Shown: in pieces, positions 25,005-38,069 of the stretch
Layout: each line of letters opens with the position of its first letter
Position numbering within the stretch: position 1 is the first letter of the stretch
DNA from: Catajapyx aquilonaris
Taxonomy: Eukaryota
Direction of reading: 5' to 3'
DNA: 63,932 nt
Assembly (NCBI GenBank): GCA_000934665.2
Contig: KZ538530.1
Span: forward strand, 1 to 63,932
The notes under the pieces: generated by a model
Told to the model about the DNA's origin: nothing
The model's database searches: none
The model's input: only the letters and a program-made list of their open reading frames with translations
Translations under genes and position numbers: made by a program

Positions 25005-26878
25005 CCAGATGTCCTGCTTTATGCCACTTCTGTGATATTGTGTGTGCCAGGATGTAGAGCTGACACTCAAGACAAAAAGAAGAGCTAATAGAATGGGGAG
25101 GAGGATCAGTAGGAAAGTGGTTCTCCTTGAGACTTGAATTATAAATATGGCGCTTGGCGGTCTCGATGATTGTTCTTCTTACATACCCGAGCATACAAAT
25201 CATGATTCCCTCTTTGAAACGCTCACACACACACAAACCATGCGTTCCCTCCCTGGCCTCTGGCCCACACTAAATCATCGACTGTCTTCCTGTCTCCTCT
25301 CTTTGACCTTAATGATAAATGATGTCGCGTTTTCTTCGACAGTCCTCATTACGTGCATGAAACAGGCAGAGAAACTTGGCCACTAACTAGATCTACTGTA
25401 CATAGCAAATGATTACTTACTTGTTTGTAAATAGATCCTATAAAAATACCGCCGGCCCAAAGCACAACCTATTGCCTTGTGAAAAATACACTACAACTCA
25501 CAAGAATAATGCATGTTGCATATACACCATGGATGTCTTGTACGATATGCCTAATTGCGCTGGATTGACTCTGAGCATGCTTCGATACATGCGCATACAC
25601 GGTTCTTTCCAGAACAAATTCTGCGGTGGCTATTAGGCATAGTCACGAAGATATGCGTACTTCGCACTAACCAGGTTCTGCCGGAATATCAATGAAGAAA
25701 CTACGTCAAAATGCATTGTCAGGTCCATATAGTAAGAACTATAATGCTATTACGCAAATAAATATTTTGAGGAGTATGAAATCCTTCATTATGCCACTAG
25801 CCTTCGGTGCTGCACCTGACAGATCAAGAATACGGTACCGGCACCTTTAACATTTTCACCCCGCATGCAAATATTATTTGGAGAATTTCATAAGCTCGCA
25901 TTTTATTTTTAAAACAATACACTGCACCGCCAACAGGTACTAAACATATTGAGATAGTATATTTCACGGACATTAAGGATAAAAGGGTTTATCTACTCAC
26001 CTATATGGTCTAGTTAACATATTTTACTACAACATTACAATATTAATAGCATATGCTTTCAATTTAACTACATAAAGGAGTGTTTACCTCCTTTTATCAT
26101 ATGATTCGGTTTATAAGCACTACAAGAATGCCGGAGCGATATGGTCAGTACGATGATTTTTTTGTGTTACCGATACGGATGAAGAAGTGAGCGTAAGGAC
26201 AGAGCCTTGATCAATAAAAAAGGATTCATGAAAACATTATTGCGGGATAGTACGGAGTTGCGATCTGCCCAATGCTCATTTCCAATTACCTGTGCACAGC
26301 TCATAATATATGGAAGAGGCAGTCGGTATTTTTTTTCATTTTGATGCTGTTATCTCCGGACTACTCGGCATTATGTAACATATCGTACCGGTACATCATA
26401 TGCACTTTATATTATTATCACACTTGGATGATTTCATGCTTTACCCTTGTTTCTCATTGTCAGTTTTGCTGAAATGCCCTTTCTTCCTGAGGATAAGTGA
26501 ATGCAATGACAATTTTAACAACTAATACTTTTGGGTATTTTACTCCATATTAATGCCAAATATACGGTAATGTCTAATAGCCTACTAATTATAAGAAACT
26601 CGGGAAAAAACGCGACAATCTCGTTGACTTCAACTTCAATAAAAATACGTCCACATCCTACCAAACGTCACATGCAAGCTTCCTGAATAAATAAAATCCA
26701 CCACGTCTGTGTCACTCTGGGTTATGACCTTTGAATAAACTATCCCTTCATTCCTCCCAAACTGTCAAGCAACAACTCATGGCATATCCCAACACGATAA
26801 AAGTACAGTCAAATTCACCAAACTGTACTAATTGGCCGCATTTCCGGTACATAATAAACAATGTATCAAAGGACTTAC

Positions 26879-26907
26879 CACAAAGACGAATCAGACATCA
26901 GCAGCAT
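26879..26907 (-). CDS. Candidate first coding exon of the mwh-like gene (MLLMSDSSL-W)
   Basis: ATG at 26907, a strong GTAAGT donor after 26879 (phase 2), and a GA-rich leader upstream. The peptide resembles my recollection of Mwh N-termini. Confidence 0.45.
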
Positions 26908-27016
26908 ATTGTAACTAGCTGACGCAAGGACTTCTATGTCGGTGGGTCGGATGGAGTGAACCAACTGAGTGAATGGCCAGAATGAAGAAACAGCCCGACA
27001 TGGATGATGGCCACCC

Positions 27017-27018
<2 letters not shown>

Positions 27019-27059
<41 letters not shown>
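27019..27059. repeat. (CT)n microsatellite
   Basis: About 20 units, just 5' of the candidate mwh first exon. Confidence 0.95.
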
Positions 27060-27064
<5 letters not shown>

Positions 27065-29494
27065 TTCTTCCCCGTTCTTTCCCGAGGGAGGCCAAGCAAG
27101 CAACCAACCAGCCACGGCCCAGCTGCCTCAGAGGAAGGCGGGGGTTCGGGAGGGGGCGAAGCAGCCGAGCGGGGACGTAAGAACGAAAGAAGGACTCAGG
27201 AAGGAAGGAAGGTCAAACAACGGAAAAGGAATGCATGCAAGCCCAATGCTAGCATATTCACATATGCCAAAAGGAACAGCATATATGGTTTTGGTATTGC
27301 AAAATCATTAGTCTATGTCCCTCGTTCGTATGAGGAATTTGTTCGAATGTGCGAGTTGGATGGGAGATTAGTAAGACAAATATGTAGGCTACCACACCCA
27401 GTTTAATATCACTTTCGCTGGCTGGCTTGCACCTTTCGTTGATAGCTTGGGGCTAACTTGCAGCGCAGGTAAAAGTAAGGAGGACTGGGAGGGACGGAAG
27501 GAGGGATGGGAGGGAGGGGGAGTTGGGGAGGTGAGGGTTGGGTTCACCAACCCAGAGCCCAACTTTGCTGGGATTGGGGATGGGGGTGGAGGGAGAAAGG
27601 AAATACGTAAGACTAGTACTGTAATCATTTTAAATAATAAGCGGCGTGACTTTGCGGTGTTGCCGGATGAATCAAGTACGACAAGGTGGCTATTAGGATG
27701 ACACGTTTGTCTTGGCTTCTTACGTGAACGGCAGTAGGCTACTTCGTTGTAGATTACAATGATACCCCGTAAGTTAGTCCGCGGAGAAGATATTTTCTAT
27801 TCATATTTATGTGGGAATTACCTTGCTATCTAGTGGATAAGTAGCATATTCAAGTGAAATAAGTCATGTAACAAATCTTACATTATTGTGGTAGGCCTAC
27901 GTATGCATGTAGTACTTGTGATGTAATTTTGATAAAGCTACCAGTTTGATGTTTTTTTTCGGCGGTAGAGAGGAGGGGGCACATAAATTATAGGCTATCG
28001 ACAGAGTAGCACTCTTTCCAATATTTTCCTAGGATGTATCTCAATAAAGAGTGAACCTCAACGGGACCTACAGAGGTGGTCGGAATTCCGAAATGCCGGA
28101 GTATGCAGAAAGCATGACATATTTCAAATTTTATACTGCAATACTAAATAGAGTCAGGAACTATTAGCCTATACATTTTACCTAAAGTAAATGCACCTTT
28201 TAGTAATCAGGTGGTGTTCGTGGCAATATTTTTGTGACGCAAGCACCTGGGAGTACTCAAAATGCATAATACTGCATGCGTTCACACTCTTCACAGCGCG
28301 TCACTCTTCAAGTCCGAAGTTCAAGATGAAGATGAAGATTCAAGATGATAGAACTGATGAAGAAGTTATGAATTGTTTGCCCCAGCAACCATTACGTATT
28401 TCGAGAAGCAACCCTTCGTAAGTAACAATCAAGGCTACATTCATTTGTAATTGTTGCTTCTCTATTAAACTAATTGTTGGAGTGAGCTACTCCATAACTG
28501 GGAACTTGGATGGACATCACACCATTATTTCTCTGAAGCGAGTCGTAGCCTGTAGCTGTGCCGGGCTGTGCGAGGTATAATGTGACCATGGAATGCCAAG
28601 TATTCTGGATTCGATGGCGTGTTATATTGCATGCAGCAGGTTATTACAGGCTGTAATAAAATTGTCTTGGTATAGTCACACTAATTTTATGTTCAATTAA
28701 ACCAGTCCTTGTCTAAAATGAAGGGACTAAAAATGGCTATGTTCCTGGCTCTTTATGAGTTACAGATTCCTACCATAATAGTTTTCTAAACACTAACTGC
28801 GTTCCAACATATCCACCATATCTTCTCTGCTACATGATGACGGTGTTAGGTCCGCAGGACCCTGCTGCCCACTCCTATGCGGACATGATCTTATAGCCTA
28901 CAGCCTACAGCCTATTTCAAAGATGCTCGAGATAATTATCACGACCCTGCTAAGGAGTTTCCAATCCGGTACTGCCACACTCTAGTTATTGTGCCCTGTG
29001 TTTTCATTACCGCCATCGACATTTTGCAGGTGTGACACTTAGCACCACCTTGCAGGAGAAGTGTAAAGTGCTGCTTAAGGAATGTTGCACTGTGTCCGTG
29101 AGAGCGTCATAACTGTGAAGGTTCTCATACTGTAATCACTTCCATATTCAGTCACTTTCCACTCCCTTTCCAGACACTCATCTTGCCGTGTCCTTCGCCT
29201 ATCAATATTTATTGTCAAGCATTCGTATTTGCATGGTATTTGGTGACGCTTTTCTTAGATGCCCGGCATACTTTATTTCATCTGAGGCTTCAGAAGAGTG
29301 CTGGTTTTGTAGATTCTCAATATAGTGTATTATTACATATCTGACGAATCATAGCATTGCACAGTGTGCAGGATTGCAAAAAGCCGGTAAAAACACGAAA
29401 TCATTGGGTTTACTTGAAGTTTTGTGCAATGGGGTATTGTAGGTCGTAATAAGCTTACGACCTACAATACCCCATTTGGAGGTAGGTAATAGGA

Positions 29495-29568
29495 GCATAT
29501 ATGCGTAATTTCTCCATTTAGAGTTTCCCTGTTTATGATGCTCATAGGGCACCATTATACACACCTAG
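29495..29568 (+). mobile_element. Helitron-like 3' terminus, copy 1
   Basis: Hairpin ATGATGCTC-ATA-GGGCACCAT, 9-nt spacer, then CTAG. The 74 bp differ at one position from 31108-31181. Confidence 0.6.
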
Positions 29569-29962
29569 GTCTATATTTCAAATCTACAAATAAAATTGCT
29601 ATAGCCTATTTAAGATGACAGATCCAATGTGGAAAATTTTGTTTCCTTGTGCGTGAAAAGTTGTCCATGGAATCTGTGACTTGGCTTCCAATATAATATG
29701 AAAAAAATATGATATAACCAATATACAGTATATTATTATATTACATTTTAATAATAATCATGTTATCATATGATGATATTACAGTAGGTAGTACCCGTCT
29801 TACGCCATTAATTGGTTCCAGAAAAATTCGGCGTAAAGTAAAAAGGCGTAAAACGAGACAAAATTATAATGGAAGTAAATGACATAGGTTCCAAGATATC
29901 CAGAATTTTCCCTCAGACAGTATTTAAATTGCTGTTTTTAATGCTGACTATGTGAAACATTT

Positions 29963-30221
29963 GAGGGGTGTGGTGGAAAAAGGTGATAACCCACAAAAGT
30001 GTAATTTTTCAGAAGAGCGAATTTAAGTTTGCACTCTCTTCAGTCTTCACAAATCATAGGGAAAGGGAGTCTTGATCTTAGTCCGTGTGGCTGTCTCGTG
30101 CATGATACGCGAACTTGGAGTATACCATAGTACCATGCTGTTTGTCATTTACATAGCTGCTAGCTGTTCAGGTCAAAAATGACAAAAATGAGGGTTATCA
30201 CCTTTTTTCACCACACCCCTC
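29963..30221. mobile_element. Sola-like MITE (259 bp)
   Basis: 30-bp TIR GAGGGGTGTGGTG[G/A]AAAAAGGTGATAACCC with GAG..CTC termini; 4-bp TSD ATTT at 29959-29962 and 30222-30225. Confidence 0.75.
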
Positions 30222-31107
30222 ATTTATTATGCACATTTAATGGGAGGTTCCAGGTTGAAGGTCATCGGGTTCTGAGGCCTCTTTTCCCTTCATTTGGCAA
30301 TAACTGCAGTAGACATAGGGTACGTATTTAACAGACTTCGGAGAGTGCCGAGACCTACAATACGGTACTATATTTATCAATATATAACCCCGCCACAAGG
30401 CACCACGAAAAACAAAAAATAGAGAATTTATGGTCATGTGTTTGGACTCAGAAGTGTTGCAGTGATGTGTTTATGTTCGGATTATGTTGTTATCGTCAAA
30501 TTGTTCACAATTTTTTCAATTTAAAACATTAATGTTTCATTAAAAGCTTCAACCATCATTGACAATGCTTCATCGCAAGTGAGAGGAATTGCAGATTATA
30601 TACGGTAATCTTTGCTCGCATGCAGTTCGAATCTTCTTGGCGCGAGTTGGGGTTGTGGCTGTTGCTTTCTTTACTACATGTATGCCACATCTGTATTTCC
30701 GAAAGCCCATAGCTTAATTTGGGCATAAAATGTCACTTCTCCGATGCTATAGCTTTTCTGATACCGTCGGTTTTAAATCTTTTGATCTTTCAATGCTCTC
30801 AGAAAATTCTTTGCTGGAATGCCCCCGTCCGTTTTTCTGGGCTTGTTACTGTGGCTCAGTGGCTGCTTTAGTTTAGATCATGACTTAGACGAAAAACACT
30901 CTATCTTTGTGCGCCAAATTCTGTTCTTTTATATAAACACCTGTCCTTCTTGCATGCTGCGTGATTTTCAAATTTGGAATAGAAGCGACAAGCGAGATAT
31001 CAATCTCCTAATGGCTAGCAGCAAAGCATCGATCAGTGTCTCCATCAGGGTAAGTCTCGTCCAAAGGGCCCAATTCCACGATAATTTTTCAGGAGAGACT
31101 AAAAACT

Positions 31108-31181
31108 GCATATATGCGTAATTTCTCCATTTAGAGTTTTCCTGTTTATGATGCTCATAGGGCACCATTATACACACCTAG
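31108..31181 (+). mobile_element. Helitron-like 3' terminus, copy 2
   Basis: Same hairpin and CTAG, followed by T as expected for a Helitron A|T target. Confidence 0.65.
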
Positions 31182-32739
31182 TAACATAGACATCATCTAC
31201 TGGAAAGCAATAGGTCAGAGTATATTGAAAGTCAAAATCAGTGGAGTTGGGCCCTTTGGCAAGTGAACGCCCGAACCAACATTTCCTCTTGCAATTTCAG
31301 TGGTATATAGTCATGCCTGTCCATCTGAACACATCATATTCGTAAAGTAGTACTACAAAGAAATGTGGGGACCAATTTTATTTCCATCCTATGTTAATCA
31401 TTATTAACATTAATCACAATCTGATTTATGTCCAGTCAACTGCAAATCATCATATTCAATTTTAAGACACTGATTTTAAGTTCTGATTGACTTTGACCCT
31501 TCATCTTCACCAGGGCTGTAAGGCCTCCAAGAGTAGGAATCCGCAATAAAACGATTTTTAGAAATGATTTTGGGAGTTGCGCTGGGCCCTTTGGCAAGTG
31601 ACGTCTTCAATTTTTTGGCGGCGCGGCGCAGGCACCATATTACTTGAGGCTTGAGTCCTAAATCATTGTGCGTATTTTTATTCAAAAACGGTAACATGTA
31701 CAGATTTGACCATTACCACGTTTTAAGGTCCGGCGATTACAATTTGGACTGGAATATAGATGGCCCGGAGATCTCAAGGGGAGCCGGTAAACGAAAGGGG
31801 GTCGTGACACCCCCCCCCCCTCCACCCCGAGCTGCATGCGACGGTGGAATGGTGGGGGTTATGATCACCTTTGGTTTTCTGGCTCCCCTTGCGATATGGA
31901 TATCGGATGTATATCGGATCACATTAATTGTAATCGCCGGACCTTCAAAACTTAGCAAAGGTCATCTCTGTATGTGTTACCGTTGTTGAATAAAAAAATA
32001 CTCCTCGTGACTTTTGACTCAGCCCATGTAACTTCAAAGTCATTGGGTCAGAGATGGCCAAAACATAATAAAAACCATCCATACATCGCCTATATGATGA
32101 GAAAAAGGCACTGGCCAGCAAGAGTTAACATTTACCTGCAGGACACCGTATTTGATTCATTAGGGCATTTCATGACGAGAAGATACATTAGTTTGGACAC
32201 GGACACGGTCAGCTTGCTACTTTTTTGCGTCGATTTTCAGGCATAGACTTCACTCTTTTTTGTAACAAAGGAAGCAATTCACTGACGATAATATTGATGA
32301 CTATGCCATGAAAATGGTGTGTTGATGGATAATATTCAGCCAGGTAATTAATCTCTGCGTAAAAATGATAATATAACTGTATTATATAGACCATTATAGC
32401 ATTTTTCTAAAGTATGAAAAGCCGAGTCATAAGGCTCTGCCATTAACAATGTACTAGTGTCTTTATTTCCACTGTCAACAGTCACCGAAAAATGCTAATG
32501 CCATAGAATTATTTTATCCCTGTGTAGCAGTTTCAGATTTTTGAGACACACCTGTGAAAGACTTTGATAACCCAGTAGGTTCCTGGTTGACATTTTGCAA
32601 AAAAGAAAAGTAGACTAACTTACCACTTGGGATATATTTGACTTAAAAATTTGGCGTTCATTTTGCTGTATTGGTTGAGGGAGCCAAAGCGACTAAGGCT
32701 ACCTGACATAGGGGAGGGTGAGAGGGGAAGAGAGATATT

Positions 32740-32892
32740 TGGACTGTGAAAGGAAACTTGAGAACCCCGAGAAAACCCACGCGAACACGAAAAGAACCTC
32801 TTGAAAGTCTTTCCACATGACAAAGTGTCCTCTGTCCCACCAGGGCAAACTTGTGACCTCAGAGGTGGAAGCCACTGCACCACTTGTCGCCC
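32740..32892 (-). mobile_element. Diverged family A SINE copy
   Basis: CCCGAGAAAACCCACGCGAACACG and GACCTCAGAGGTGGAAG..TGTCGCCC are shared with 4790-4952. Confidence 0.75.
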
Positions 32893-33030
32893 TCTGAACG
32901 GAAATGGAACGTAACGTAAGATATTAGAATGAATGGTGCAGAAGCATAAAATATAAGGAACATAACAAGTACAGTAGAATAACAGACATCAGGCACAAAA
33001 TTTGATCCTCATGATCATGGCCTATCTTCA

Positions 33031-33155
33031 ATTATTTATTTTATTTATTTATTTTACCCCATTGAGAGATCAACGCTCTATTAGGGGGGTGGAACACCAC
33101 CATACTTTCAATTTTCTTGGTTTTTTCCTCTTCAAACTCCGGTGCAGGGAAAACC
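33031..33155 (-). mobile_element. 3' fragment of a family C SINE
   Basis: The reverse complement aligns to ~63012-63132 (CCTTGCACCGG..GGTGGT..CCACCCCCCTA..GGGGTAAAATAAATAAAT). Confidence 0.65.
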
Positions 33156-34861
33156 TATCCTCAATTATCGCATTTTTGAGCAGCTCAGTCACGTAGGCTA
33201 GAGCAACATCATTCTAGTAATGGTGTCCTACATACAATATTCAGAGGCTACTGCCATTTTTTTATCTATTTTGGTAGACGCCTCAACCAACAAAAATGGT
33301 AAATGGCCTCTGTATAAAACCTTACAATGATTTCTCAATTGTTATAACAAAATGACAATATGAAATCACTCGGCATTAGGAATGGTATATCCGTGTGCCT
33401 GCAGAACCTTCGTGGATGACTGGGTTATTCCCGCGTGTAGGCGTGCTTGCCGGCTGGTTGGCATACATTCGACCGAAAAAGCGATGATGCAGTCGCGCTT
33501 ATTTCATCGCCAGCCATCCATATACCCCCCTCCACCAGCCGAGCCGGTAGCCAGAGATCCAGACGACCTCTTTTTTTTTTCTCCAACTCTCACTCGGTGT
33601 TAGGATTCATTCGCATAGCACGCAGCAGGTAATGTTCTCTCTTCCTGTAGCCTCTACAGGTTTTTAAAAATTGTTTTATAATACTCAACCAGATGGTAGT
33701 GACAGCAGCTAGACAACAGGGACCGCTTACCACTGTCATTATATGAGAAGTTCGGATCTTGTAGTGTAATATTGTGGGATAATTTTTGCATAAATCAGAA
33801 ATTGTGCATTTTTTTGCCAAATAGGCAAAATCCTATGCGTCATGAGTGGATCAGTGACAATGAAAATACCTGGATACGGTGTCAAATTACGTCACTCGAT
33901 ATTTCCAGTATAGGATCATCCCGAAGGTGATGTCGTACAATAACAGCCTAATCTCTTATTTAAGATGTTACTTGGAGTGGCTATTTTCTGGTATTATTAT
34001 GTAGCACACACACATGGTGACAATACTCGTGCCTTTCATTATTATTTTAAAAATATTTGCATTTTACCTCAATATGAGGGTCGGTGACTAACGAAGCATT
34101 ATTGAACCTGTCAAATTGAGGTATATAGAACAAGTGTATTTTCTCGACATGACAATTGTTATTATGTACGTAGTATATACCGCTCTAAAATAGTATATTT
34201 TAGTAGATATGTTAATTTTTCTCGGTATATTTTTCTCGCTTATTGCCTACCAACTGGTTCCATAAAAGTATAAAATGTACTAGTACAAGTAGATATACAG
34301 TGCTTATGACGTCATATTGTGTTGCTCAAAGAAAGAGGCAGAGCTTCTCTCTCAAGGACATGTTTTACCGGCATGACGAATTACTATTCATCACGAGTTT
34401 TGTGATATATGTGACATATAAGCAGCCTAACATTTACGCAACTTGTCCTCAATAATGGGGTCTGCCGAGGAATAAACAATAAATGCAGTATCTCGTGTTC
34501 ATCACATTGATTAGCTGGTGTTTTTGTTGCATATTAAATAGAAACGTGCAAAGGATGTAGCCGACTTGTAAGGATAAAAACGAATCAGATCCAGAGTCAC
34601 ACTCGGGGATTGATATGGGCCAAAAAGTGTTATGCTGGCAGTATTTTGGAATCAACTCTCTCATTTCTGATCTACAACTTATTTCTCACCAGAATAAAAT
34701 TTTGCCATTGAAAGTCAAGATTGCTGTGAAAAAGTAAGATTTGAAAACGAATTAACACTTTACGTTCTAACGCTCTGAACATGATTGTGTGCACGCTATG
34801 TGTTAAGTTGTCAATTAATAGACTAATAATAAAACACTGTTTCGTAACAGAGATTATCATC

Positions 34862-37288
34862 ATGCCGAAAGTGAAAACGCAGAGTAACTGGCGCAGCAAA
34901 CCTTCCGAGGAAGATCGTGGTTCTTCTGAGAGCAAATTCGGATTCCAAAACAAGGAGAAAGCAGAGCAGACCCTCAACATGTTGAAGGGCCGAGACATCA
35001 CTCACCAGTTCCGAGTCATCAGCGGCCTTAATAACCGAGCCAAGACTATTTTAACCAAAACCAAAGATCCACAAAAGGTATCAGTGTTAATGATAATTGA
35101 AGTTTCGAACGAACATAATTATTTTGACTGGCAAACCCCAATGCTGAGATTCAGGAATACAGTCAAATCTCAATGTAACGCTCTCGCACATAACGCTTTC
35201 TCGCTTTTAGCGCCCCTTTTCCGGTCCCTTGATCATTTCCATGATATAAATTTTCCCGCATATAACGCTACTTTTGGGCGGTCCCTTGAAGAGCGTTATA
35301 TTGAGGTTTTACTGTAGTTGTTTTTAACAAATCAGGCCCAACAATCTATATTATTAATACCCTACTGTGATGGTGATCCCTCCCGCTGTGTACGGCCTAC
35401 AGCATTGGAAGTGATGTCAAAATTTAGCCCGCGTGTCCTATATTTGCAATAAACTTTTGTTTTTTTGGAAATGGTGTCCAGGGAATTTATAAAACGCAAA
35501 AAACGATGACCGCCTTTAAAAAACCAACCACCATGGAGTTCCCATAAACGGCGTTCCGGCCGTGGGCGCTACCTTCGCACCGTCTTACTTCGGTACTTCG
35601 CCGTCGGATGTCGCTGCCTGGTCCGCGTCTCTCTCCCCCCCTCTCTCTCCCCCCCTCCCCTCTCACTCTGCCCCTCCCTTCCTCCCTCCCTCTCCACTTT
35701 CGCAATTTTGCCTAATTTTGGCAAGTTGGTGTCTCGTTCCCATTATTTTCCAAACCGTAATCTACAGGGTGGCCACGAAGTAAGGGGCACATGTTTCATG
35801 AGCAATGAGTCAATAAGAAAATTTAATGAAAGCATATAAAACTACAAGAAAACATGTATAGAGTCAGGAAAACATGAATGTGCTATCTAGTAAATAAAGT
35901 AAAGTACATAAGATAGGGCTGGTAAGATAGCAAAAAGGTACACTCACTCAGTGATGTTTGATGAGCAATAGGTCAATAAGAAAATTTAATGAAAACGTAT
36001 AAAACAACAAGAAAACATGTATAGAGTCAGGAAAACACGATAACATGATAAACATAAATAGGGCTAGTAAGATAGCAAAACTGAGTGAGTGTACCTGTTT
36101 GCTATCTTACCAGCCCTATCTTATGTACTTTACTTTATTTACTAGCTAGCACATTCATGTTTTCCTGACTCTATACATGTTTTCTGAGCTTGTGTCAAGT
36201 TCACGTAATCTCCCATTTACGCCATATAATGTCTCCCACAGACACTCTCATCAGTGCAGTGGAGAAAACAAATTATATCTCTCTCATTCACCATCCCGCC
36301 AGGGGCTCCTCCGTTTCTAGGCAAAACTTCAAGAAGCAAACAAAACAGTCGGCAATGAAAAGCACATCCCTTTGATGGATCCAAAAGTATGGGTATAAAA
36401 TGGAAATCAAATTGGATAAAAACAGCATTTGATAATATAGTCAGATCACTTCTTTGACCTTCCTGTGCCCGCCTCCTGCACGAATACATTTCTGTTCACT
36501 AAACGTTGTGCTAAGGGAATATTTCAGAGAACATTTTGGCATTTTAGAGAATATTTTCACCTGAATTTCTATTTCTTAAATAAATATATCTGACCTCTAG
36601 GGTACAGTACAACGGTAACTTCCGGTCACACTTCCAATGCATTCTGTAATCTATACCAGGGTAGGTGGTGATAAAAGCTGACCCCATCTCCAGGCAAATA
36701 TGTACATCAGACCTAACGGATATTCAGTACCGTACTGCAGTGTCATGTTCGTAGGGTCGCTAAAACGTTGGTCCAACTTTAGAGATCAATCTGACAGCAC
36801 TCTAATGTCAAACATTTCGGCAGGTTCAAAACATCAAGGAGGCCATTGAAACATTCGACAAATGGCTATTCGAGTACAAGAAGAACAGCCGAAGCAAAGA
36901 AAACTTTGGTTACTTACCACTGGACGTCCTGAACGCATACAAGGAGCTGGCTGATCACATAGACGTTCTTGATGACTCCAACGTGTCTGGAACCCTTTTC
37001 CACAACGCCTACTTGGAAGCAGAGGGGGACCTGAAGAAATTGAGAGCCATGTCTCCAGATGATGATGGGGAAACATGGGATGTAGTGCGCAACAATGCAA
37101 TTCGTCGCCTGACTGAAGATCTGCCGGAGGATCCGAGCCTGTTGTTCCACAAGGAGGGCCCTCTGCAAGGCCTGCCAACATCTCTACATACAAAGCTCAT
37201 CATGTGGGCCTACAGTCCGGATGCTACTAAGATTAAGAAAGAAGCAGCCAATGTGCACTGGAAGGTTAATAAGGATCAGAATAAGTGA
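34862..37288 (+). CDS. Uncharacterised 226-aa protein (FGFxxKEKAExTL...WDVVRN...PTxLHxxLIMWAYSP motifs)
   Basis: Exon 1 is 34862-35077 (ATG, AAG|gtatca) and exon 2 is 36824-37288 (ggcag|GTT, TGA), phase 0. Spliced protein: MPKVKTQSNW...KFGFQNKEKAEQTLNMLKGRDITHQFRVISGLNNRAK..KDPQK|VQNIKEAIETFDKWL...ETWDVVRNNAI...GLPTSLHTKLIMWAYSPD. Confidence 0.82.
35160..35314. mobile_element. pogo/Tigger-like MITE in the intron of the uncharacterised gene
   Basis: TA|CAGTCAAATCTCAATGTAACGCTCT...AGAGCGTTATATTGAGGTTTTACTG|TA. Confidence 0.75.
35798..36185. repeat. Tandem duplication (~163-bp period) followed by an inverted copy
   Basis: Direct units at ~35798-35952 and ~35962-36080; 36080-36185 is the reverse complement of ~35847-35952. 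Confidence 0.85.
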
Positions 37289-37989
37289 GAAAGTTGATAT
37301 TACCTGTCACACAAATCAAAACGGACAGCATAACAGTTGTTTTCTAAAGTAACAGGCGTTTTGTGCATATGAATAGCAGCTAGTGGATGTTCTGTACGAC
37401 GTGAAACTGGCCATATTAATTTCTTTTGAGAGTTGGCATTTCGTAGGTGATCAGTGTTGGGGGTAGGAACTATAACATGTAAGTGGGAATAACACGCCAT
37501 TATAGTAAAGGGATATTTTTGAATACTTTTTCTGGTCACTGTAGAAAAGTATCGAAAAGTAGTAAACAGTCACCTGAAATTACAAAATTACGCATGCGTT
37601 CGCTCAATCGCTTTTAATTTTCTTCGTTTTCAGGCACATGATTTTTGTATTCTTGGTAGCTCATGGTCTAGTACTGTAATCTAATTTTTGAAACTGCTAT
37701 TGCATAAGCTGTAACAAGTGACGTCGTGTTTAATGCGACTTTTATGCATATTAGTGGGCATATTCTCAGAGAAACCAGTACTTGCTCAAGAAACTTGATG
37801 GGTAAATTATTTTTTGTTAAGTAACGAGACTACAGCAATAAGTTACATTTTTGCACTGAAGTGTAGTAAGTGTAAGAGTATGTTACTTGTTAAAAGTTAA
37901 TTCATCCAACTGTTTATTTTGGTCATTAGTGTAAGGGTCAATCCAGTGTTTTCCGTGTTAAATTAACATAATAAAATAACCATGGGGTC

Positions 37990-38069
37990 ACCGGCTTTAA
38001 AGTGAAAGTGTACCGAGTTTCATACTTTTATCACAAAATGCGAAGTTCAAACCCTGAGCATCCGGACTA
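37990..38069 (+). mobile_element. Academ-like right terminus fragment
   Basis: TTTCATACTTTTATCACAAAATGC..ATCCGGACTA resembles the ends at 967 and 60448. Confidence 0.4.

Noticed and set aside
35078..35317. C-terminal half of ORF 34781..35317
   Set aside because: It reads through the donor at 35078 into intron and MITE sequence; the protein continues at 36824.
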